From Heterodontus francisci (lineage: Eukaryota), in the NCBI RefSeq assembly GCF_036365525.1, contig NC_090394.1, positions 71,492,893-71,556,892 on the forward strand: a stretch of DNA of 64,000 nucleotides, in the 5' to 3' direction. The notes below the pieces were generated by a model. That model had not been told where the DNA came from. It saw only the letters and a program-made list of their open reading frames with translations, and did no database searches. Positions 25,673 to 36,738 of the stretch are shown in pieces (positions within the stretch are counted from its first letter, which is position 1; each line of letters opens with the position of its first letter). The position numbers and the translations under genes are program-made.

Positions 25673-28191
25673 CTGTACAAAAAGGAAGAATTTAGGTGAA
25701 AATTCTGGGGAGATTGATGCAGTGTGCTACTTGTCCAGCCCCTTGTAATAATTTGTGATGAGGCAGTCATGTAAAGGACAGGGATCAGGTAGGATGCAAG
25801 AGATATCTATACAAACCACATTTAGTACGGACACATTAATCTAAGATGGAACTAAAACTGACAGCAGAAATATTATGAAAGAAAAAGTCTGAAAAGAAAA
25901 AATACAGAGGAAATATCCTTACTTTATTGTATGTTGATGGACGAGCAGTGGTGAAGACCAGGGTAAAATGAAAAGAATAGTTGTAGCACAACATAGGATA
26001 ATGTTGGTAACACTGCAGAGCTGATTTCAACTCTCTAGTGACACCAAGTGAAAAACATCAGTATGACAAATGAATGATTTGGGGGACCACTGCCTGATTA
26101 GTGAAATAGAGCAAACAAGATTCCTGTGCCTGTAATGTCGACAAACATCCCAACATATGCCAGACAGGCTCAACAAAAGCTGGACAGAAAGACAAAGGAG
26201 GTATTAGGAATGTTGGATAAAGGGCAATTACAGATGTGCAATAAATACTGGCATGCCAGTGCTGCCAACATCCCATGAACAAATTTCTTTTAAAAATAGA
26301 GGGGGTATTTAAGCAAGGTCTAAAAAGAAAGCATAATGGGATGGTGGTGGGTGCACAAAAGGAATGCAGCGTACATGGTGGGGCTTCTCGGCTGGAGATG
26401 ACAGAGACAGGGAGGGATGAGAGCACGGTGGAATATTAAATTTGAAGCATTGCGACACCGTCAATGGAGAGAATACCAGGAAGAGTGTTGGATGAGCTGA
26501 AATTTACAGTGGTTGGAGGATGGGAGGTCAGCCAAGATACTACTGAAATAGTCAAGTGTGGCAGTGACAAAAGGCACAGATGTGGATTTCAGCAGCAGAA
26601 CAAGGTAGAGGCAGAGGCAGACGTGGGTGATATTATGAGGATTGCACTGAAATTATTGCAAAACAGTTCTATTTTCTTTTGAATCCATTCCCCATTCTGA
26701 TTTCAGATTTTTACAGGAGATAGTTCTGTGATGCATTGAGAAAAGGTGAAAACAAACTCAATAACCTTTGTTGTCAAAAAAATCATCGGCTTGCACAGAA
26801 CATTCGCTGCTCTGGGTATAAAAACAACTGAAAGATAATATACAGGTCAGTAGAAGAAAAGACAATTGAGCCCTTTTAGCTCTCAGTGGACAGAATTGTT
26901 GTCACTATGTTGATGGGATGGGATGGGGGTGGGAATATTGGCATTCAATTTTGTTCAAGGCATTCTGTTGGCCTCACTTCAAGTATTGAGAATGCTTCTG
27001 GAGATCCAAACCCAGGTAACAGAGCCGAATACAATACTAAGCTTGTGCAAAGACAGGGGATAAGGTGCATGCTGTTATCTTGCACATACCGCTATCTTGC
27101 ACGTACTGCCTAGTCATTCAACAAGAGAAATCACAGGAACACTGTCCCTTTGATATTTGTGAACAATAAGGCAAGTCATATTATTGCATTGATGCTGTGA
27201 AGATAGCTTGACCAGTGATTTGGAGTTCTTCCCAACTTTGTGACGCTTCACCATGTTTAAGTTGTGGTTGGACCAGTCACATCCCAATTATCTTATCCTG
27301 TCTGATAAGAACAGCTGAGGGAAGATCAAGGCCTGTTTTCTGACTGATCCCTGGCACAGACACATACCTGAGCCTTAAGAATATCTGAGGCACTGCATTT
27401 TCCTCTCTTCCCTGGTACCATCTGCAGAATTTGAAGGAAGCATAAAATCACGAGTAAAGGGGGAGGCACAGGAGAAGGCATCAAAGCCACTGGAGATCAC
27501 TGACAGGCAACATCCTCCCTACCCTTGAACTGTTATTTGTGAACAGGACCTAAGACACGGCTCAGAGAAATATTTAAAAAAAAGCCCTCCATGTATTGAT
27601 TGAAGGAAATATTTACACTCGACTCACTATGATGCAACATTGGATGCAAGAAGCAGCTTAGGTAACAGAAGATCACAAGTGTGACTGACACTAATGGTGG
27701 GGCAACAGAGAAAGAAGAACAAAACAGGGCAGTGAGTGGGTACACTCATACAGGGCAGGTGAAAGGAAAGCCCTGTAGTTCCAGTCTGAATTTAAGAATG
27801 GGGTTTCCTTTGAATTTTCTCAAATGAATGCGTGGGAGGTTATATCAAATGAGTTGAGAAACTTGATCCTTATTAGTTACCACCCAAATTCCCTTATTTG
27901 GAGAAATCCACCCTTTTGAGAGCAGGATACTGAAAGAATCCTTTCCCTCACCAATCTTAGCCTCTTTGCCAGGATGGTTTCTTCCAGAGGAAGTCCAAAT
28001 ATAAATGGCGCTCAAGGCTTCGATCTGAATGTGAGCATCTTGAAACTCCAGTCTTGGCTGCAATTTTTGTAGGAGGCGAATAATTTCTTCAATCTTTACT
28101 CCACAGGTTCAAGCCTCATTCTGCAAAAGAATTTCTCCAATTTTTTATCCAACAATGCAATACTGCATAAAATTCCTACAGCAAATGTCAT

Positions 28192-28203
28192 TTTATTTTT
28201 ATT
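28192..28203 (-). terminator. Candidate DNAAF5 polyadenylation signals (tandem AATAAA)
   Basis: The + strand tttatttttatt gives two AATAAA hexamers on the minus strand, about 1.15 kb past the stop codon in AT-rich sequence. Another AATAAA lies at 28840-28845. Confidence 0.45.
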
Positions 28204-29345
28204 GTAAGATACTCAAAACACTAGAACCTTGATTGAAATTTTCAAAGAAGGGTTTTAAATATATTCTATCGCTATGAAAAGGGCTGTTATTGTAAATTGC
28301 AAACTTATAAAACTGCAGAAATGTAAATCAAGCATAATATTGACACTGCAAATGATTACAATATAGTAACAAATCAAACATATTTAATTACCAACCAGAA
28401 ACAATATTACAGAAAAATTCACAAAATGAGGAGAAAGTTCATTCGGGAACCATGAATATTGTTGTATTGGTGACTGAGTTTCTTGGGGAAATAAAATAAT
28501 CAAATTAAAAATCTGATTTCATAGGAAAAATTGCAAAGTAAAATAAAAATGATTCTAAAAACCTAGAGACAGTAAAATCACAGAACAGCATTGAAACAAT
28601 TTCTGAAAAAAATTTACTTGCAACAAAAATGTAGAAGAAAAATGAATATATTAATTCCTCATCTCCCCAACAATAGTGCAGGTTAAAAAAGATATCATGT
28701 TTAGTAAAAGGAATAAAAAAACAAATTGCCGGGCATTGGAAATAAATTCTGAAAGTGTCGTAAGTACACAGCAGCCCAATTAACATCTTGAGAAGAACAC
28801 AAGGTTCTTTTTCTTCACAAAATGCCAACCCTCTTGCTGTTTATTTCCTGCATTTTCCACCACTGTGTTGTTCTGGGCTCCAACGCCAATGCAGAAGCGG
28901 TACGAGCAGTACCTTCCCGTGCTTCAAAGGTGTTCTTTCATACACCCATTTCCATTGCCCCCATTTCAGATAATGGAAAAGCAAAAGTTTGGAAAAACTT
29001 ATTGCTCTTTCAAATCGCAAGATTAGGATAGCACTATTAAAAGCCACCGGCGATTTGGAACAAAGATGTCCTGCAGAGACCTCTTGACTTCCTTTCTTAA
29101 AAGGCTGAGAATTTAAGCACGATGAAGAATTATAAACCAAGGTTTCTCAGCTAACTTTAGATACCCGTCAACACAATCCTCTTATCTGTATTTTGATATT
29201 AAAATATCTACCACTGAATTCCACGTTCAAGTGTAAGTTCTGCCCCTTTCTTCCATATTCTATAAATACCATGTGCATATTTTTCCCACTGTGATTCATC
29301 ACAGCATCTGTATTGTATCTCCAATTGAAGCGTCAGGCTCCAGAC

Positions 29346-29485
29346 TTAGCTGGCGTCACTGTTGAGTGCCTGAATATGCTGCAGCAGCTGTTCACAGTAA
29401 TAAGGGCTGCGATGTTTGTGCTTCACAGCCTCGATCTCTTGTGTCAGCAGTGATGGAGAAAGAAAACTTCCTACTTTTAGAACAT
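29346..29485 (-). CDS. DNAAF5: DNAAF5 terminal coding exon with stop codon; not in the ORF track
   Basis: aacag|AT GTT CTA AAA ... GCC AGC TAA. Translates (D)[45 protein letters not shown], matching the DNAAF5 C-terminal [13 protein letters not shown] motif. Confidence 0.95.
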
Positions 29486-29602
29486 CTGTTGAGGAAACAG
29501 GAGGAAAATCAACACTCATCATTTTTAACGTTTAAAAAAAACCTAAACATCTTCTCAAAGCCTATCCAAAAGTCAATAGTATTCATCAAAATAGCCTTTG
29601 GA

Positions 29603-29860
29603 AAGAAAGAACTTGCATTTATATCATGTCTTGCCAAAGTGCTTTACAACCAATTAAGTACTTTTGAAGTTTAGTCTCTTTAGTAGGGAATATAGTAGCC
29701 AATTTGCATATAGCAAGCTCCCACAAACAGTAATGTTATAAAGACTAAGTATTCTGTTTTAGTGATGTTGGTTGAGGGATAAATATTGGCCCAGGACACT
29801 GGGGAAAATGCCCCTTTTCTTCGGAATAGTGCTGTGGGATCTTTTACGCCCACCACTGAC
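29603..29860 (-). mobile_element. SacSINE1/DeuSINE-like 3' fragment
   Basis: aagaaagaacttgcatttatat...gcaagctcccacaaacag...gggatcttttacg. Confidence 0.75.
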
Positions 29861-30540
29861 TGTTTAGTGAGCTGCTTCAGGCACTACCACTAGCATTTCT
29901 CTATCATTTCAGTAGGTTACACTGGAAGCATTTGGAGAATAGAACTATTCTTCAGCTATGGCAATGGGCAAGGCGTTCATTTTAACCCAAGTCAAATCAA
30001 TGCTGACTAATTGAAAGCTGTTGGTAAACGATAATGAGCAACAGTTCCGTCATAGCCTCTACTAGCACGTCCCCTTCCAGTTCAAACGTATTTAATGCAA
30101 TTAATTATAAGCCATCCGATTTCAAATTAACAGCCAAACAATTCCCACTTACAGTATTCTAAACTGCTGAAATTGTGTTGAGCTGAGTTCGCATTTTGGA
30201 TTAACACCAGTAGAAACTGAAGTCCTATTTCTTTCTATAGGGATGGCATTGCAATGATGGATCCTTTTTAAAACACTTGGTTTTTGCAGTGAAACAGTAA
30301 TCAATTGTTTTAAAAATCCGCAGTGCAAAAGACAGATGGAAAAATGGCCAACTTCAATCTTGTTAGGACTAGCTTTTCAAACCAAGCATTTTTGCTGAAG
30401 GGAGGGGTGGGAAAGGAAGAACCAGGTGAAATTTATCACATGTATAAACAGCTTGTAGCCTCACAATACCCATAGATCAATAACTGGGTACCATTTGCAA
30501 ACAGCCAATTTCTAAGTATATGTTGGTAGTACAAAGTTTT

Positions 30541-30555
30541 CCACTAGATGGCACT
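30541..30555 (+). promoter_or_regulatory. CTCF-like motif
   Basis: CCACTAGATGGCACT matches the CTCF core CCACYAGRKGGCR. Confidence 0.5.
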
Positions 30556-32655
30556 GGAAGTGCTTTCAAGGTCTCATACATGTTGCAAATCCTCAGAATG
30601 GCAAAACTGAATTCTCCATGTCTCTTCTACAACTTATTTTAAACTGCAAACATAAAAAAAGGAGAGCTCAGAGTCCCAGTACACTTAATCCATGACAGCC
30701 TCACAATCTGCTTTCAACCATAATTTAGATTAGGTGTGAATATTGTTCACGTATCGCTTTGCTGCACAGGCTGCTGTCAAACATCAGTCTGCAAAATAGA
30801 AAGTAAAAACCCAGTCTGAGCCACCACTTATTGTTGAGTTGAAACTGAGAACTTTCCTTTATAGTTTGATCATTTACTTAGTGGGACAGTTTGTCCCCTT
30901 CCTCACAAAATCTCTTTTACTCTGCATAACTACTCTAACTGGTGGCATTTTGCACAGCAGTCATCCACACTACATCTGAACTGATTGATAGGAGGGACAT
31001 AATTACTATTTAGAAGTTGATTTCTTGCAATAAAAAAAGCTAGAACTGCAGTTATTTAAGAAATTGTGACTTGTGTACAATTGCAACAAGAATAACAAAC
31101 CCATGCATGGAAGGAGTCCTTTCCCTATTCCAGTTAAGGAGTCTTGTTACCGATTCATTGGCAAACCAGGATGAGAATCAGAAGGCATCAAGGGGCAAAC
31201 TATTTGCTTCCAGCCTGAGCAGGGATGTTGAGATTGGAGGCAGCAAATAAGGGAAGGCAAAATGTGGCCAAGACTCCACTGCTTACGTTACAATTCATCA
31301 TTCTTAAAATGGAATTATGGAAAGTGTGTATCCATCAGTTAAAAGGCAGCAGAGAGTATGCTCTCAAAGCATGTTTTCCTCAAACTGCAGAGTCCCTTGA
31401 AAATAGATCCAAAAATCCATAAATCTTGCTCTGTTAAGTCCTTTTCATGCTGGGTCACTTGGCAGTGCTAGAGAAGTTTTGACTCGTTCAGAGCAGCTAA
31501 CCATAATAAAAACTGGTGCTAGCGTGTATCTGCTTTCACAAGCGTAATATAGGATAACACTTTGACTACAGTGTTCATGAAACACTGACCCAGTGGCATT
31601 CAAATTCAATGGAAACCTTGCTCAAACATGCCCAGAGTTGTCTGCAGCAAACAGCCAAAAAGAAAGAGACTATCCATTTCCCTGACATTACTACTACTCA
31701 CTGCTGGCAAGAACTCAAAACATGAGGACTGAAGAGCTGGCAAACATTCAGGGGCGGAAGGAAAAAATAAATCAATGTCTTATGTGGTTTTAAATCAAAT
31801 TAAAACCGAACTTGTTACTCAAAATTTTTCAAATCTTGCTTGACAATGTCAGACGAGTAAATCAAACAAAACTCCGCGAGCAAAGTATTACATCAAACAT
31901 TTCAGATTTAAATAGCAGTCTTATAATGAACAAATGAAGCAGAACAATTCAGATAGCGTGATAATGATATATTTGTCTGCCAGATAGCCACAGCCTTCTT
32001 ATTGTGCCACCATGGGTAACAATACAATGAGGACACAAAGCATATTTTAGAATGAGACACACACATTTGCTAAAACATGCAGTGATGTCAGAGTGCAGAT
32101 ACTTTGTATTTTCACTTTGTGTCGAGTTATGCAAATTCTAAATAGAAAAAATAAAAAGGCAGAGAAACTCAAGTTACCAACACAAATCGCAGTCAATGCT
32201 GCTGCTGTTCTTCACTTACTGCCACTTTGGCCAAGGCTGTGTTTTACAGTTTGCTCAAGTGAAACCTGGCAGAGCCAAGTTACAGCTAACCATACTGCAT
32301 TAAAAGTATCAAAAAAACCTTCATTCATATCTTTTATATTTTTATTGGAACAAGTAGTCATGTGGAGACATTTCAGCAAAGTGTAAATATCAATTGTGAA
32401 AGCACAGGATTTTTTATGAAATGTTTCTTCAAAGCACCAGTTTTAAAGTTCCTTGAATCAGGACCAGTACTGTATGAAAAAATACACCACTGATTATCGA
32501 GCACAATACAATAACTCAAGTTACGTAGTTTATTTATATAAACACACTCAATGCCCACATTTAGTATGTTTACAAAGTATGCATTTTTCACAGAAGGGTC
32601 AGCCAGAGCTGCGTTATATGTGACCATGGCTGTGCACGGCATCAGGTCCACCACC

Positions 32656-33451
32656 AGAACTTCAAACATGCAAGCAAATACCAGAGTAGAGTGACAGAGG
32701 GGGCAAAATACAAGCTTCAAGGAGCTCCTAATGTTCTCACTTCCTCTCCGAAAGCCAACGACATTGGTTTTGCAGGCACCCTCACCAAGTGTCTGTTTTT
32801 CATGTACATGTCTAGACATTGAATTTGGCAGACTATTCATTCACGAGAGTCATCAATGCTGAGCTCTCTCACCATCCAATGATGAGCATTTTCCAGAGGC
32901 TTCTGGAGCAGAAACTGTGGTCAAAGTTCTTTCCTAGCTCAGTGGCACTACAGCACCCCCTACTGACAGCCTAGTGGAGGTCAACCAACCACACATGGAC
33001 GAGAAATCAAATCTGGGTCCAGACCATTCCCTGGGACTGGTTCCTGGCTGCTCCCCGGGGCCAGGGCTCGGGCGTTCTTGGCTGCTCCCTGTGCACCACT
33101 ACTACTACTACGCTTTGATAGCCACCATTTGAGAGCATATAGGTCATCCCCCATCAAGAACATACCTGAAATTCATCCTGTGCCTACTCAAAGAGACAAA
33201 ATAACACACATTGGGGTACAGCTCACACAATGAACTTTATGGCCGATGATTCATAGAACTTCAAACATGCGAGCAAATACCAGAGCAGAGCGACAGAGGG
33301 GGCAGAATACGAGTTTTAGCAGTTATGAATGTTCTCACTTCCTCTCCTGAAGCTACGACTTTGGTTTTGCAGGCACCCTCACCAAGCGACTGTTTTTCAT
33401 GTATATGTCTAGACACTGAATTTCGCAGACTATTCATTCACGAGAGTCATC
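32656..33451. repeat. Local ~198-bp direct duplication (32656-32854 and 33255-33451)
   Basis: Both copies run agaacttcaaacatg...gcaggcaccctcaccaag...cagactattcattcacgagagtcatc, with scattered substitutions and small indels. Confidence 0.93.
32951..32968 (-). promoter_or_regulatory. CTCF-like motif
   Basis: Minus strand TGTCAGTAGGGGGTGCTG resembles CCAGYAGGGGGCGCTG. Confidence 0.45.
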
Positions 33452-35285
33452 TTTCGTATGGTGCATTACAGGAGCTCATTTTTGTCCTTTATTTTGGGCT
33501 TTCATCGACTGCAACAAAAGTTAACTAACACAGCATAAAATATCCTGAAATAAACTCTACATTAGGGTCTCAACACTGAAGCAGAGAAAATCTGAACCAA
33601 GAGAGAATCCTCTATATGAAAAGAATCTGTTACCAAATACCTACTGAACCTTATAGCTTGACAAGGGATTAAATTGCTGTCAGGACAGCTAAACCCCAAA
33701 TACTTCCTAGGGGCAGGAAGTCACTCACAGGGTTATAAAGCAGATAAAATAGGCATGAAATGATGAGGGTGACAGTTCAGAGCATGGACACAACAGTTCC
33801 CAACATGTCCATTCTCAAAAGAAACAAAATGAAAGTAACCTTGTTGCTCTGAGCGGAATCTGATTCATGAACACAAACCTTTTTGTGACATTATGTAGAT
33901 ACTACTATTTGTAAAAGTCTAAATTCAGCATGCCATTTATGGTGCTCCACAGAACAGAGATGTCCAAATCAGGTTCTTTATAACAGCCCAAAACATAGTG
34001 TGAATATGTATTAATTGGCAACAGAAACTGGGTTTTCCAAAGCTTATAGTTTGTCTTGCATTGTCAATTTGGTTTAAAATATTGCACGTTAACTTTTAGC
34101 GTTAATTATTAAACACAAATAAAACTACGAAATTATATGCACAAATGAACCTTAACGCACAATACTGGCATCTCTTATTTTGGACTGATATTACAACCAG
34201 CAAAATTAAGAATAGTGCATCCTAACAAAGATTTTATGCTACACAGCCCTAACACAATATTTAAGCATCATCATTCATTTATTAATAGGTTTCAGCCCTT
34301 TAAATTATTTTACTAATGACGCCGACGTAAAATGCCCAGAAAGTCGAGAGCAATGCAATGTGTGTCACAATGCATCGCTGATCCCAATCCAAAAGGTGCA
34401 GCAGAAAAGGGGAGGGAAAGAGAAAATCGAGAGCCTTTGTCAGATCTCAAATTGAAGGATGTGGTGCCATCTTCAGTCTACCAGATACATTGCTATCCAG
34501 AGATTCTTACCAGACATGTCTTCGTTTTGTGTTTATCTTCATTAGTCCTATCCCCCTTGGTTATTACTCGCTTCCCTCATCACACAATCCCATTCATTGA
34601 TCTGCCCCACATAATTTTGGTTGGGCCTGGCTGCAGCTGTACAGTAGGATGGGCAAACAAGTGGGGCAGGGGGTAAGGGAGAGGTTAATGGTACCCCAGT
34701 AACATAGGGTTCCCAAGGTCCCTGCCAAACCAGCTGGTATGTTCAGAAGCAAGAACTGATGTGAAAATGACGCCATTTCTTTGAGCCCGCTGAAAAAGTC
34801 TGTCATGTTAGGAGAATGCTTTTCAGGATCATTAGAACTTCTTCGATCCTTTCTCCCATCACCTCTTGTTTTAAAATGGCTTTCATCTAACAATCTTTTT
34901 GAAATTTCTCTTTTGTTTTCCAAGCTCCTTCATTTTTCCTTTGGGCTTTCTTCTTCCCCTGCCCCCCCCGTTGAAGCTTGCAATGCAACATTATTCTTAG
35001 GTTTCGGATTTGATTTTGTATCACTGTCTTTGGAAGTCATGGTGAGCAAGAGGAGGCAATTTGGAATTGCTATTATGAAGCACACAGACTATAAATCAAC
35101 ACTAAATAAGGCACAACTACAACAATAGGATTGGGTGTAATTTTTATTGATGAGGTCTACTGCTCCTTTGAGATTACCATAGTCTCAATTGTCTGAGATT
35201 TAAAGTATTTATGCACTGCATAGCAACAAATACTTCAGAAACGAGAGAAAAAACTAAATTGAGGAAAGGTCCTCGTCATTCTTAC

Positions 35286-35477
35286 CGAGTAGTTGTTTTT
35301 GGATATTGCTCTCTGGATCATCCAGATGAACCAACAGCCCACGGTACAGGAATTCAATGTGGCTCTTGAACAGCAACTGGTCATAATCATTCCCAACGCA
35401 CTGGAACCAAACACCTAAAGCTTTGGCAGCTGCTATACGCACTTCATCCAAACCATCATCCAGCCGTTTTAGAAATT
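35286..35477 (-). CDS. DNAAF5: DNAAF5 coding exon (about exon 12)
   Basis: caattag|AA TTT CTA AAA CGG ... CTA CTC G|gtaag. Translates (E)FLKRLDDGLDEVRIAAAKALGVWFQCV...LLVHLDDPESNIQKQLL. 192 bp. Confidence 0.96.
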
Positions 35478-35773
35478 CTAATTGAAAGAGAAAGGAAACA
35501 ATTATCAGTGATGTCACAGTATCTGCACTAATAATTTAAAGAATTATCAAGTAGAATATTGCCACAAAGTAATTCCATCTACAACACTTCAAATGAACTT
35601 CTCTTTTTCCATGGGTAGTTCTTACGGGCAAAGAGATTGCAAACATAAAAAGGTAAACTTCAAGAGTAGGATCAATGGAACATCAGCAATTGCAAGCATT
35701 AACGAAAGTTACGGGGTAGTGGTCAATGTACCACTACCGCATCTAAGAAAAATTATCCTGGTACATAATTTAC

Positions 35774-35930
35774 CTGGGTACAATTTATTAAGTTTGTCAG
35801 GATCCAACTGATTTCCACAAACTTTTAAAATGGCACTGACAACTTGACAAGCCAGTAATCGAGTCATTTTGGAATCTTCATCCAATGATGCAATCACTTT
35901 TGGCATCAAGTGTTCATATACTTCAAGAGC
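35774..35930 (-). CDS. DNAAF5: DNAAF5 coding exon (about exon 11)
   Basis: gacag|GCT CTT GAA ... TAC CCA G|gtaaat. Translates ALEVYEHLMPKVIASLDEDSKMTRLLACQVVSAILKVCGNQLDPDKLNKLYP. 157 bp. Confidence 0.95.
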
Positions 35931-36304
35931 CTGTCGAAAAATTACAAGAAGCATGAAACTGCTGCCAATCTGACTTCTCATACAATCACCAAAACTACAA
36001 GTGAAACAAACGGCAATGATTTACATCACCAAAGGTTGCAGCCTCTGTGAATGCAATATTGTGACATGGTAGAGTTCACCACAACATTACTGACTGATCC
36101 ATGCCAACTACGACGACAGCCCATTCTAGATTTAAAATTTTTAATTTTTCTCATGCATCCCTTTCTCAACTCTACCTACCTTGAAAAAAAAATCATTTAC
36201 TCACTCTTTCGGCTTAATATAAATTTGTGTTAATCTGCTTGCAATCTTTTCTGCAACTTTTTTTTCTTCCTTTAAAGAAAATCCTGGGATATAAGAGCCA
36301 TTCC

Positions 36305-36738
36305 ATAAGGACAGATTGAGTAGAATGGGCCTATATTCTCTGGAGTTTAAAACAATGAGAGATGATTTCATTGAAACATACAAGATTTTGAGGTGGCTTG
36401 ACAGGGTAGATGCTAAGAGGCTGTTTCCCATGGCTGGAGAGTCTAGAACAAGGGGACATGGTCTCAGAATAAGGAAATGACCATTTTGGACTGAGATGAA
36501 CAGAAATTTTTTTCATTCAAGAGAATCGTGAAGCTTTGGTATTCTCTAGCTGAGAGGGTAGTAAATGCTCAGTCGTTGAGTATTCAAGACTGAAATCAAT
36601 AGATTTTTGAACACTAAGGGTAACACTATGGGAAATAGGGCAGGAAAGTGGATTTGGGGTTGAGGATCAGCCATGATCTTGTTGAATGGCGGAGTAGGCT
36701 CGAGGGGCCGTATGGCCTACTCCTGCTCCTATTTCTTA
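36305..36738 (+). mobile_element. CR1 3' fragment (further + strand CR1 tails at about 37070-37440 and 37750-37845)
   Basis: gatgatttcattgaaacatacaagatt...ggccgtatggcctactcctgctcctatttc. Confidence 0.85.

Noticed and set aside
1-28000. Exons of SUN1, the gene downstream of DNAAF5 in human
   Set aside because: No recognisable SUN1 peptide or spliceable exon was found; the region is explained by repeats.
32780-32854. SECIS element in the duplicated unit (ATGA...AAA...) that could recode the TGA at 34930
   Set aside because: Only about 5 bp of helix II pair and there is no correctly placed 3' GA for the quartet. The TGA context has no redox motif.
32656-32856. C/D-box snoRNA pair
   Set aside because: TGATGA is present in only one copy and neither copy has a terminal CTGA D box.
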